Source: Azolla caroliniana
Lineage: Eukaryota > Plantae > Polypodiophyta
Direction: 5' to 3'
DNA: 64,000 nt
Assembly (NCBI GenBank): GCA_043228905.1
Contig: JBHGNT010000012.1
Span: 12,400,001-12,464,000 of the forward strand
The notes beneath the pieces were generated by a model that was given only the letters and a program-made list of their open reading frames with translations, was not told the origin of the DNA and searched no databases. Each line of letters opens with the position of its first letter. The stretch's first letter is position 1. The translations under genes were made by a program, and so were the position numbers. Shown piece by piece: positions 1-13,052 of this stretch.

Positions 1-3
1 AAA

Positions 4-1325
4 ATGGTTATCAAGGAAGAAGAGACCTCCCAACAAAGGTGGATTCATGATATGACCAATACGAAGGCCCAAGTTCGGTACGACAGCATCATAGGAAAAG
101 ATGTGGAACAAGACGCCTTCTCGTCTTGCAAAGAAACAATGGCGAAGAATGAAACAAATGAATCAAGGGTGGCGAATGCCACTTCAAGCGAAGACAAATG
201 TTTTGGAACACACATCGTGTCTGAAATATCAAGTGATGAAGGTGCTAGCATGAGCAAAGCTTCCATGATCGAGGGAGATAAAAGTGTGAGGCCGACATGA
301 TTGATGAGATAGCCACGAAAAACGACATCGAGTCATAGCTGGCTAAGGACTAGTCAATGGCGGATGGCCGTGTCGAGACTTTCTCCACACTTGTTCCGGA
401 GACTTGGGCAATTGCATCCGAGAACCGATGTAAGACCCAAGAGACGGAATGTGGCGGAGAGGGAGTGAAGGCTGAGGCTAACACATGCGAAGAAGAAGGA
501 GACGTCAAGATGAAGAGGGTAGACGACGATCATGAAGAGACTTTCCCTACAAAAGTTCTTGATACTTGGGCATTAACTGATGTAAGACCCAAGAGATGGA
601 AGGTGGCGGCAAAGAAACAAAGAGCAAAGCTAATACGAACAACCATAAGGTGGAAGTGGCAAAGAATAGCACGACAAAGGCAACGCCAAATTACAAAATT
701 CCTCCACACTTGTTTGAGAGACTTGGGCATTAACCGATGTAAGACCTAAGAGATGGACGATGGCGGCGAGGAAGCAAGGGTTCAAGCCAATGTGTGCAAC
801 AAGGAAGTAAAGCAAAGCAAAATGACAAAAGTCCATGCGTGCGACAAAGAGGTCAAGCAAAGCATGAAGACAAAAGCAAATGTGTGCAATAAAGAGACCA
901 AGCAAACCTCAAAAAGCAAAGATGTGGGCCAAGTGGGCCAAGTGGATATGAAAGATGTGATCACAAAATCTAACAAGGATAATACTAGTGTAGAAGTCAT
1001 AGTCATCTCAAAGACGAGAGTATACCACAAAAGTGGACAAAGTGGGAAGCATGCGATGTGGTCACTTAAGGTCCTAGAGGAGAGCATGCCGCTAAAGAAC
1101 AAATCGCTGAGAGTACTCAACAATAGTATTTCGATAAAGCCTTTGAAAGGCATGCATGGAACAAGAAAGGATGATAAAAGAAACTTAGATGACCAAGGAG
1201 ATGGCCGAGATGAAGGTGGCACATGCATAAAGAGTGAAGCATTATGCTCTAGAGGAGCAAAGAGAGCCATGAAAATCGGTCATGGAAATGCAAAGACTGA
1301 ACGAAGAATATGGTGGATCGGATGA
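4..1325 (+). pseudogene. Interrupted K/E/D-rich low-complexity ORF remnant upstream of the PPT of element M, function unknown
   Basis: ORFs 4-300, 357-749 and 753-1325; the last two are in the same frame, separated by one TAA. Three ~155-160-bp repeats with core ACTTGGGCA...GATGTAAGACC at ~402, 564 and 721. Confidence 0.4.
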
Positions 1326-1428
1326 CAATGGTGATTCGGGTACATCAATAAAAAAGTAAAGTAATAAAAAATGGAGCCTCACCAAAATTGGCACATACCG
1401 GTGGATGTGCGGGTTTGGTGAGGGTGAA

Positions 1429-2468
1429 TGTCGTGTGAATCTTCTCACACTATGTAAAAAATAATAATAAATAATAAAATAAGTACTTTATATTAGCTTA
1501 ATGGCATGTTATAGAAGATGGATGTTTGAGAAGATAGGGAAAATAGAACTATTATTTATCCCACATAGATAGGAAACTTAAGGCCCTGGCTATATAAGCA
1601 CCTTGAGTCCCTCATTTTCATTTGTGCTAAGAGCACTTTGGCCACTTTGTCTTGATGGATGATGGTGGCTAAGTTCCCAAAAACCAGAAACCGATTGGCA
1701 AGCAAATCGGAACCGGGCCGACAAGCAAAATCGGGAATCGGGCTGGCAAGCAAAATTGGAAACCGGCCAGAAAGCAAAACCAGAAACCGGCCGATAAGCA
1801 AATCGGATCCGGCGGCAGAGCCATCGAGGCGGTGGCAATCAGTGACTGGACGGAACCGGCGACTGGACGAGGTTGGACGCAAACCGAACGGATAAAAGGA
1901 TCATGTGGCTAATTAAAGAAAGGTAAAAGAGACTAAAGTAAAGGTCATGTGGACGGTCGCATGCAACTAAAAGATAAAGCCATGCAACTAAAAATAGATG
2001 CAACTAAAAGAAGAAGCTACGCAACTAAAAGTAGAGGCCATGCAACAAAAAGTAGACATGCATATGATCAACGGGGAACTCCATATATATTCCATTTTTT
2101 TCCTATACTCATATGCTCTCCATTATTTTCTTTTCCTTCTCAGCTCCCTTATCTTATGGGAGCCATAACACTCATAAACCATAATTTCCTAACGGAAGCC
2201 ATATCACCCATAAACCCTAATTTTCCATACGGAAGCCATATCTCTCAAAACCCCTAATCTTTCTTTTCTATTAATCTTAGTAAACTTGAAACTTCTTAAT
2301 CCCAATCTTGGGACATATTGTAATTTCTTTCCCTTTGTTAATGAAATTTGTCAATCTTGCTCATTTTGAATTAATTGTTTAATATAATCATACGAATCTG
2401 ATATCTTCTGGTCGGAGGCCCCGGGGTCCTGCCTCAAGTTCACGTATCCTGGTCGTATTTTCGTGACA
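1429..2468 (+). repeat. 3' LTR of element M (~1.04 kb) with internal short tandem repeats
   Basis: TGTC...GACA termini after a purine-rich tract. Contains ~24-bp repeats (1680-1810), CATGCAACTAAAA-type repeats (1960-2060) and ~37-bp repeats containing AAACCCTAA-like motifs (2158-2260). Confidence 0.65.
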
Positions 2469-2682
2469 GTGTAGCAGAGAGAGAGAGAGAGAGAGCATGA
2501 GTCTTTGTTGTAACTGCCGCCATGCGAAGATTGTGAGCACGAGGTCATTGCCTTTGTGTTCCCCCTATAGTATTCTCCTTACATAGTGATAGTTTGGAGT
2601 TTGTGGGCTCTCGTGGTTTTTCCTGTTTAGGGTTTTCCACGTTAACATCCTGTGCATTCTCTTCTGTTTGTGTACTTACTTC

Positions 2683-5600
2683 TGTAGAAAGTAAAGTGCG
2701 GAAGCAAGTGTGAAGACCGAACAGGAGGAAGAAAACTCAGGTTCAATGGAGAGCTTGAGCTTACGCAGTATATGCGGGAGAGACAGAGAGAGTGAGAGAG
2801 AGAGAGAGAGAAAACACACGAACTATATTAAACAAAAACAAGACAATCTCTATTCACCACACTCTATACATATGTGTGTTCAATGAACACTTTTATACAA
2901 GTCCTAGAAGGACTGACCGAAGTACTGACAGTACTTCAATGCTCATTAAGAGCTCCTACACTAACTCCCAAATATATTCCTCACGGAATATCTTTCCTAA
3001 CGGCCTCCCGGTTTACGCACCGATCCGGCTCTACCTATGCACCGGTCTGCGTACCGGTTTACGCATTCGGCCTAACCAATCGGTCCCAACCGATCCGGTC
3101 CTCGGCTTCTTCAGCCGATCCGGCCGATGTTGAGCTTGTCTCTCAACACTCCCCCTCAAGCTCAACTTGAGGCTCTTCGGGATCTTTGGGCTCACAGCTC
3201 CGGTTCCTCCTGTCTTCACGCCTCGCTCGCGCTCCACGACCTATTCGACTCCGCGCACTTCGACCCTTCCGGTCGGCTTGTCTGCTCATGTGGCCCTTAT
3301 CAGCTCTTCTGCTGTTGTGGTGTTGACGCTTCTCTTGCTATCTTTTCTTCCGCTTGGGCCTCAGGTTATTTCAATGTATCTGAATCAAACATCCGAACCG
3401 ACTCGGCTACCTCCGATCGGTTTTCGCTCTCGTCCGAGTTGGCTGTCTCCAACTTCTCTTTCGTCTTCTCGCCCTCGATGGCGTCATCTTCCCCATGCGT
3501 GGTTGGCTTCGGCTCTCTCCTTCGGCTGCTCCCCTTCTGTCCGCTTCCGGACTTTTCCGCGGGTCCGCCCTCGGCTTCTTCAGCCGATCCGAAGTCGTAC
3601 TCGACAACCGAGTCAACTGACTCAATGTCGTGGTTTCCACTCCTTTCCTGCTGCCTTGCTTGGTCGTTCGAGACTGTTCTCCCCCTCAAGTTTGGCACGT
3701 CGAGGTGACGCAATCCGAGCGCACCTGAGAATTGCCACAACTTGTCCAGACCAAGAGGCTTGGTGAAGATGTCGGCAGTCTGCCGATCCGTCCGAACATA
3801 CTAAAGTTCGACTTCACCGGAAAGGACACGCTCACGGACGAAATGGTAGTGCACCTCAATGTGCTTGGTCCGTGCGTGGAAAACGGGGTTTTTCGGGAGC
3901 TGGATGCTGCTGAGGTTGTCGCAGTAGATCGTTGTCGGATCTGACACCTCCTCTTGCAAGTCCCTAAGCAGCCGTTTCAACCATATGGCTTCGCATGTCG
4001 CGACAGCCGCTCCTCGGTACTCAGCTTCAGTGCTCGACAGTGCAACTGTCGGCTGCTTCTTACTGCTCCACGCGATCGCGACACTCCCGAGGGAGAAAGC
4101 GTATCCGGATGTGGATCGGCGATCGGCGGCCTTGCCAACCCAATCAGCATCGGTGTAGCCGACTAACTGCGCGGTTGCACCGGTCCGATATAGCAGTCCC
4201 CGGTCCTTAGTGCCGTTGACATACTGAAGTATGCGTTGCGCACACTGGAGGTGCTCCTCGCTAGGTTGCGCCATGAAGTGACTGATCACTCTGATCGGAT
4301 AACTGAGGTCGGGTCGGGTGATGGTCAAGTATATGAGGCTTCCGACAATTTGTCGGAATCTTGTCGGGTCGCATACCTTTCCCGTATCGGGACGAAGCTT
4401 GACGGTTCTATCCAGAGGAGTCGAGACGGTCTTATAGTTGGCCATCCCGAATTTGAAGAGCATACTCAACACGTAATGTCGTTGGCTGATCAATATGCCT
4501 TCGGGGGTACGGATCACTTCGATCCCGAGGAAGTAATGAAGGTCCCCCAGATCCTTCATGTCGAACGATGCCGCAAGCTGGAGCTTCACGCGGTCGATTT
4601 CACCTAGGTCGGCGCCGGTGATGACCAAGTCATCAACATATAGTAAAATACTAACCAGTCCGAGTCGACCTTTCCGGATGAACAAGGAAGAGTCCGATTT
4701 TGACGTGACGAAGCCCATCCGATGCAGTTGTTGCGTGATCTTCGCGTTCCAGGCACGCGGGGCTTGCTTCAGTCCGTAAAGGGACTTCTTCAGTCGGCAT
4801 ACTGCCGAGGAGTTCGTTCCAGAGTGAAATCCGGGGGGTTGTACCATGTACACCTGTTCCTCAAGGTCACCTTGCAGGAACGCATTCTTTACATCCATCT
4901 GATGTAAGTGCCACCCCTTCACCGTAGCTACTGCGAGCAAAACACGGACGATCGTCATTTTGGCGACCGACACAAACGTCTCATCGTAGTCGATGCCGTG
5001 TTTCTGCGCGTAGCCCTTTGCCACTAGCCGAGCCTTGTACCGGTTGACCGAGCCATCGGTGTTGTACTTGACCTTGTACACCCACCTACACCTGATCGGT
5101 TTTACCCCTGTTGGTGTGTCAACCAGGTCCCAGGTCTCGTTCTCCACCAATGCGTGCATCTCTTCCTCCATCGCGGCATGCCAATTCGCGTCTTTAGCCG
5201 CTTTTGCGTAGCTTTCCAGCTCACGCACTTCCGCTACACGGGTCATGTACGCATAATGATGCGCCATGTACTCGTTGTATCCGAACCGCAAAACAGGATT
5301 CTTCTTGCGGGTAAATCGGCGTAATCTCACATTAGCCGATGTCGAGGCCTTCTCGGTCGACTCGGACTTCACCTTTAAAGACCCATCACCGGTTCCTTCG
5401 GAGTCGGACTCGTGTCGGTCTGACTCGTTCCTATCTGTGCCGGAATCCGACACCTTCTTCTTCCCTTTCTCTTTGCGCATAAGCCATCTCCTCGGCTTCC
5501 TGCGCGGGGAATGCACGGCCGAGTCTCCACTACTTGCCGGCTCTTCATTGGACTGATCGTACCGACACAGTCATCCAATCGGTCTACTTAAACAGAGTGA

Positions 5601-8329
5601 AATCGGACTCTCTTCGTGGGTCTTGATTTCGGGCTCATCCAGAGGCATCTCGACCTCGCTGACCTCATCATCAGAACTCGGATTGGAGTTGGGGTTCGGA
5701 GTCGGGGGCTGGTACCAGGACGCGAACTCGTCAAACACAACGTCACGGCTAACACGCGCTTGTTTGGTGCGAGGGTTATAGCACTTATAACCCTTCTGCT
5801 CGTCCGAGTAACCGACCAAGATGCATTTCTCCGCCTTTGCGTCCAGTTTCCTCCTTTTCTCCTTCGGTACATGCACATACGCAATGCTATCGAACACCCT
5901 CAAGTGTCGCAAGTTTGGCTTCGTTCCGAAATATAGCTTCTGCGCCGACACTTTGTCTCCGATCCGGTTTTGGATGTATACCGCGGTCCTTACCGCCTTG
6001 GCCTAGTAGAACTTGGGCAAGCTCTTCTCCTCCAGCATTGCCCGTGCCGCTTCCACAACTGACCGATTCTTCCTCTCGGCCACGCCGTTTTGCTCCGGCG
6101 TGTATCTACAACTGAATTCGTGCCGAATTCCCATTTGTTGTAGATAACCATTGAATTGACCAGAAAAGTACTCTTTCCCGCCATCCGACCGCAGGCACTT
6201 GATCTTTCGTCCCGTTTCCGTTTCCACGAACCCTTTGAGGTGCCGGAAACAATCGAAGACTTCGCTCTTCCTCTCAATGAGGTAGATCCACGTGTGCCGT
6301 GTGTGGTCGTCGATGAAGGAGACGAAATATCGGCTCCCGCCAAGACTAACGTTTTGTGTCGGCCCCCATACATCGGAGTGTATAAGGTCGAGCTTGTTCC
6401 GGCTCCGGTTTCGCTCGTTGGGGAATGGAAGTCGGTGTTGCTTCCCGAGCTGGTAGGCTTCATAAATTTGTGCCTTTTGGCTACTAAATTTGGGCAATCC
6501 GAACACCACTTGTTTCGATTGCAGGTCTTGAAGCCACTGGTAGTTGACGTGGTCTATCTGCTTGTGCCACAAGTCGATGTGCGACTCAGATTTTTGTCCC
6601 TTCGCGAACATTGTGGTGCCGCCGTCAGTGGAGTCGAGGATGAACATCCTCCCATCTCTGCGCCCTTGCGCAATCACACGGCCTTCTTCCTTAATGAAGC
6701 ACCCGAGGTGTGTAAACCGAACCTTCATCCCTTGGTTGACGATCTGTCCGACCGAGACCAAGTTCTTCGTGATTGTCGGAACGTGCAACACGTTCATGAG
6801 TTTCCCTTTCTACCCAACATGGCTAAGGGGAACTTCTCCGACATTCGCGATCGGATGCGGAGTGTCGTCTCCAGTTGCGACTACTCCAGGTTGTATCGGT
6901 TTTTCCCGGTACGAGAACCACTCCTTATGGCTCGTCATGTGGTTTGACGCTTCGGAGTCTACGTACCACACCTCTCTGATCTCGGGGTGGTCTGTTTCAT
7001 TGAGTTTGCTTCGTGTCTCATCACGAAGGCAGACCCTTCTCCGGCTCTCCCGGAGTCTTCGGCGTAGAGCGATCGCTGCCGATTTCCCTTGCCGGTTCTC
7101 ATCGCTTCGACTCCCCCTGTTTCTGGAGGGTCCGGAGTTGCTGTCGGCATCACTTCGGTGCCTTCTTCCTTGATCTCGTCGGCCGCCTCCATTGCGCGCC
7201 GACTCGCCTCGTCCTCCACGTCCACAGGGCGTATCTCCCTCCGTGTACAACATTCTGCTGTCGGTGTGCGTGCTTGTAGACGCATCCGCGTGGTTTTGCT
7301 CTACCAGGAGCATTGAATGTAAGTCAAAAAACGACGGCGTATTCTCCCGGGTACACACAACCGTTCGGAACGCTCTGAACTTCGACGCCAAACCTCCGAG
7401 ACAGATCTGAACCATCTCGCTCTCCTCGATGTTCACCTCTATGGAGGTGAGGGAGTCGCAGATATCCTTGATCTTCGAGGTATAGTCCGCCACCGACAAG
7501 TCGCGTTGTCGTAGGTTGCTCAACTCCGGTCAGAGCTGAAGCTTCCTAGCTGTGGTGCTCGCGGCGAAAATCTTCTTCAGATTTTCCCATGCATCCTTCG
7601 GTGTCTTTGCATCCCGAACATAGCTGAATAGCTGTTCGCCCACACACGACGCGAAGCAGTATAATACCCTGATCGCCGATTGCTCCCACGACGTGAAGTT
7701 TCTGTGTGTCGATTCGGGTGCCACGTCATTTGCTCCTTCGACATAACTTCAGTAGCCATGTCCGAGCAGGTACTGGTGCATCTTGTAGGACCAAGACGCA
7801 TAGTTGGTTCTGTCGAGCTTCTCTGTCGGAAGCGAGCTCGCCATGCCTCTATCCATCGTTCTTCTTGTTCTTCTTCGTTAAGCTGTGTCGGCGCTCTGAT
7901 ACCATGTAGAAAGTAATGTGCGGAAGCAAGTGTGAAGACCGAACAGGAGGAAGAAAACTCAGGTTCAATGGAGAGCTTGAGCTTACGCAGTATACGCGGG
8001 AGAGACAGAGAGAGTGAGAGAAAGAGAGAGAGAAAAAACACACGAACTATATTCAACAAAAACAACACAATCTCTATTCACCACACTCTATACATATGTG
8101 TGTTCAATGAACACTTTTATACAAGTCCTAGAAGGACTGACCTCACTCCCAAATATATTCCTCACGGAATATCTTTCCTAACGGCCTCCCGGTTTACGCA
8201 CCGATCCGGCCCTACCTACGCACCGATGTGCGTTCCGGTTTATACATTCGGCCTAACCGATCGGTCCCAACCGATCCGGTCCTCGGCTTCTTCAGCCGAT
8301 CCGACCAATGTTGAGCTTGTCTCTCAACA
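2683..8329 (-). mobile_element. Element A: full-length degenerate Ty1/Copia retrotransposon
   Basis: LTRs 2683-3148 and 7905-8329 (TG..CA). TSD ACTTC at 2678-2682 and 8330-8334. tRNA-iMet PBS 7893-7904; PPT 3149-3160. Confidence 0.95.
3366..7856 (-). pseudogene. gag-pol: Copia gag-pol of element A with frameshifts and stops
   Basis: Gag EKLDRTNYASW; protease WYVDSEASNHM; integrase LIHSDVWGP...QNGVAERKNR; RT YKARLVAKGY...LYVDDL; RNase H YTDADW...RTKHIEVHYHF. Confidence 0.93.
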
Positions 8330-8450
8330 ACTTCCATTTCTCATTTTTTCTATGTTTGATTATCATTAAGTGATCTAATCTTTGGTTGTGGCTGAAGATT
8401 ATTCCGCATATTCTCTTCAACCTGGTATCAGAGCGAAATGACACAGAAAA

Positions 8451-11400
8451 ATGGAAGATTCGTTGGGAGGCATGTTCAAGCTCACCGACTCCAACTACTT
8501 AGTGTGGAAGTCGAAGATGAGGGTCATGCTCGTGGTTAAAGATCTTTGGTTGCCGGTTCAGTTCGGGGACAAGAGACCAAACAAGATCGACGCCATAGTG
8601 TGGGAGGTGATGCACATGAAGACAACAACTTACATCCGGTGCTTAATCGACATGAGCCTGTACAACAACTTTAATAAGGAGAGTAAGGCTCATGAGCTCT
8701 GGGAGAAGATCGACATTATGTTCCAGAACAAAAATGTCGTTAATCGGGTTTCGGTATTCCGGAAGCTAGTGAGGCTCCGGTACCAAGATGGCTCCAGTAT
8801 GGCGGAGCACATGAATGCCTTCCAGGGGATGATACACCAAGCAAACTCGCTGGAAGTATTTCTCGCCGATGAGGTACTTGCTCTACTCCTGCTCGGTTCC
8901 CTCCCGGATAGCTGGGAGACGTTGGTTGTCACTTTGGGCAATGTTGGGCCGGAAGGGAAGCAATTGTCCCTAGATAGAGTCAAGTCGAGCTTGCTAGATG
9001 AGGAGGCGTGTCGGAAAGACAAGGCTACGACCTCCAACTCCAAAGCGCTCCTTACCAAATCGGAACGCGGAAGACAAAGGAACCGTAGTCCCCAGAACCG
9101 GGAAAAGTCAGGGACACGGTCAAAGCCAAGGGGGAGGCCTACTTGCTTCTATTGCGGAAGCCGGGTCACTTCCGAAAAGATAAGGAAACCGACTATACCG
9201 ATTCAAAGCGGTCACTGGACCGGAACGGTAAAGACTGGACCGGAACAGAACGACAACAATCGCGGAAAGTGAAGAAGAATTGATGCTCATCACCGAGGAG
9301 AGTGAGTTGAACCTTGCCGGTGACTAGACAACGTGGGTTGTCGATGCCGGAGCGTTGTTCCACCTTACCCCGGACTGGAAATGCTTCTCATCCTACACAA
9401 CCGGTGAGCACGACTGTGTCCAGATGGGGAATGAAGGGACATGCCGAATTATTTTCATAGCAAACGTGATGTTGACGACATTGACCAGATGCAAGTTGTT
9501 GTTGAAGGATGTCCGACACGTTCCGGAGGTTCGACTGAACCTGATATCAGCCGGTCGCCTAGATGATGAAGGCTACACAGGTAGCATCTGGAATGGTGTC
9601 ATGAAGTTCAGCAAGGGGAGCTTGATAGTGGCTCGGGCTCGGAAAGTCAACACACTGTACCTGATGAATGCCCGGTTATGTCGGGAAGAAGTGAACGTGG
9701 CATCTGACACTGTTGGTGAGCTGTGGCACAAGAGACTGTGTCACATGAGCAAGAAGGGGATGAGGAGGCTTGCCGATGACAACCTCATTCCGGTGAAGGA
9801 CGTGCATCTTGAGAGGTGCACTGACTGCCTGGCCGGTAAGCAAAACCAGACCTCCTTCCGATCAAGGCCACCGATGAGACGGAATGCACCACTGGAGCTG
9901 GTGCATACCGATGTGTGTCAAGTGGACACGAAGTCACATGCCGGATCGCAGTACTTCATGACGTTCATAAATGACCACAGCCGTTGAATTACCGTTGAAG
10001 ATGAAGGACCAGGTCTTATTCGTCTTCACGGAGTTCCACGTGAGAGTGGAAAGAGAAACCGGCCGGAAGCTGAAGGCAGTTCGAGCAAACAACGGAGGAG
10101 AATACCGGGGGCAGTTCGAGGAGTACTGCCGCTTGAAGGGAATTCGGCTCGAATTTACCGTGCAGAAGACGCTGGACCTAAACGAGTTGGCCGAGAGGAT
10201 GAAACGGACCATAATGGAGAGGGTCCGGAGTATGCTAGCCCATGCTAAGCTACCCAAGACGTTTTGGGCTGAGGCGCTCTCGACAACGACGTATGTGATA
10301 AACAGATCAGCCTCAATGCCCTTGGATGGAGACACGCCACAGAGAGTATGGACCGGTAAGGAGGTGTCTTACCGACACTTGAAGGTGTTCGGGTGTCTCG
10401 CTTACGTGCATGTGGCAAAGGAATGGAGAGCAAAGTTGGATCCAAAATCCTGGCCTTGCATATTCCTCGGATACGGGGATGATGAGTTCGGGTACCGAGT
10501 GTGGGACCTACCCCATCAACAAGAAGGTGTTCCAGAGTCGAGATATTATCTTCATGGAGAACAAGACCCTTGCCAACTAGGAGTCGGAGAAGAAGATAAT
10601 GAGATCCGAGTCGACCGGTAAGGATCGGATCGATGAGATTCGGACCTACCCGGCTAAGAGCCAATTGACACTCAAAGAACCGGCCGGTTACGGTGAGGAT
10701 ACCAAACCGGTAGAAGAAGGAGAGGAAGCTGAAACCGGAATTGGACAAGACCCCAAATCAGATTCGGATGAAGAACAGACACAGGAACCGGTTACCGAAA
10801 ACCGAAGACGGAGATATCCTCTCTGGGAAAGAAGAGCCCCCTAGAGATTTCCGGATGTAGAGCATGTGTTGCTGACCGATGAGGGGGAGCCGAAAAGCTT
10901 CGAAGAAGCAAAGGATGACATTCATAGCCGCAAGTGGTTGAGTGCCATCCAGGACGAGATGGATTCCCTGCATGAGAACCACACATATGAATTGGTGGAG
11001 TTGCCGAAAGGAAAGAGGGCACTTCGAAACAAGTGGGTGTACAAGCTGAAACCGGGAGATGCCGGCAACCCCCCGAGATACAAAGCCAAGATCGAGGTGA
11101 AGGGGTTCCAGTAGAAGAAGGGCGTGGACTTCGACGAGATATTTGCCCCGGTAGTAAAGATGATTTCCATCCGGACGGTGCTTAGCATAGCGGCAAGCAT
11201 GGACCTCGAGGTAGAGCAGTTAGGCGTGAAGACGACGTTCCTCCACGGCGACCTCAAAGAGGAGATCTACATGTAGCAACCGGAGGGATTTGTGAATAAA
11301 GGGAAGGAGCACCTGGTTTGCTGGCTGAAGAAGAGCCTCTACGGTTTGAAGCAGGCTCCCCAACAATGGTACCGGAAGTTCGACTCCTTCATGACCGATC

Positions 11401-12433
11401 AGGGGTACCACAAGACGCAGGCTGATCACCGCGTATTTGTGAAGAAGTTTGAAGATGGAGACTTCTTGATACTCCTCCTGTACGTGGATGACATGTTTAT
11501 CATCAGATGAGACCAAGTCAAGACACGGATGCTGAAGAAGGCCCTGAACCGGACCTTCTCAATGAAAGACTTGGGTCTGTCAAAACAGATATTGGGGATG
11601 CATATCATTCGGGACCGGTCAACGAAGCAATTGTGGCTGTCACAAGAAAAGTACGTGACAAAGGTGCTTCAATGGTTCAACATGTCAGATGCGAAACCAG
11701 TCAGATCGACACTCTCGGCAAACTGCAGGTTATCCGGTAAGCAAAGCCTGAAGACGAAGGCAGAGAAGGTGGATATGACGAAGATACCATATGCCTCTAC
11801 CATGTGTACCCGACCGGATATCGGATATGCAGTCGGAGTGGTGAGCCGGTTTATGAGCAATCCCGGCAAGGAGCATTGGAATGCGGTAAAATGGATACTT
11901 CGGTACTTGAAGGGCACCTCGAGTATGTGCCTCCGATTCGGCTCCGGTAAACCCCAACTTGACGGTTTCACCTTTTCGAATATGTCGGCTGATGAGGATA
12001 CCAACCGGTCAACACGGGATATGTTAAGACATATGCAGGGGGAGCTGTTTCATGGCAGTCGAGGTTGTAGAACACGGTTGTGTTGTCAACCACGGAGGTG
12101 GAGCACATGGCACCTGTGGAAGCCGGCAAGGAAATACTATGGATGAAGGACTTCATCGAAGAGCTAGGGATCCGGCAAGAGGAATACTAGCTCTACTATG
12201 ACAGTCAGAGTGCCATCCACCTTGCAAAGAACACGGCGTATCATTCCAGGACAAAGCACATCCAACAGAGGTACCACTGGATTCGGGAGCGTGTGGAAAA
12301 TCGAGAGTTTGTGCTGACAAATATCCACACAGAGGAGAATGGGTCAGATATGCTGACCAAGGTGCTGACGCCCGACAAGCTGAACGCATGCCTGAAGCGA
12401 ATTGGACTAACCTGACATCCCATGCCGGAGTGA
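8451..12433 (+). pseudogene. gag-pol: Copia gag-pol of element B with many stops and frameshifts
   Basis: Gag LLLLGSLPDSWETLV; GAG-pre-integrase LWHKRLCHMS; integrase LELVHTDVC; RT LLLYVDDM; RNase H RTKHIQQRYHWIR. Confidence 0.92.
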
Positions 12434-12685
12434 AGGGGGAGTTTGTTAGGATCTCGGTCCCTCCAGATGGGATGATGAAGACCCGGTGAGAACCTCTCAC
12501 CGAATGAAGGGACATATATATGAATATGTTTCTGTTAGCCCATTGTGGCTATATTTGTAAATATCTTGAAATTCATATTAGTATAAATATGACCTAGGGC
12601 AAATAGAGTGTGTGAGGGTATCATTGTGCTGTCATTATTTTTGTATAGTGTTATTGGTGTAACTGATGTACAGAGCATAGCAGAG

Positions 12686-12789
<104 letters not shown>

Positions 12790-13052
12790 TCTGTTGTAAC
12801 CGCCACCGAGCAAAGATTGTGAGCATGAGGTCGTTGCCTCTATGTTCCCCCTATTGTATTCTCCTTACATAGTGATAGTTTGGAGTCTTTGGGCTCCCGT
12901 GGTTTTTCCTGTTTAGGGTTTTCCACATTAACATCCTGTGCATTCTCTTTTGTTTGTGTACTTCCATTTCTCACTTTTTTTTTGTTTGATTATCATTAAG
13001 TGATCTAATCTTTGGTTGTGGTTGAAGATTATTCTGCATATTCTCTTCAGCA

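Larger units (their letters stand above)
1..2468 (+). mobile_element. Element M: 3' end of a Ty3/Gypsy-like LTR retrotransposon related to the G/L family, inserted into the 5' LTR of Copia B
   Basis: GGCACATACCGGTGGATGTGCGGGTTTGGTGAGGG then TGTCGTGTG at 1390-1437 matches the pre-PPT/PPT/LTR start of element L (minus strand, ~63260-63315). Ends ...TCGTGACA at 2468, directly followed by Copia B LTR sequence. Confidence 0.7.
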
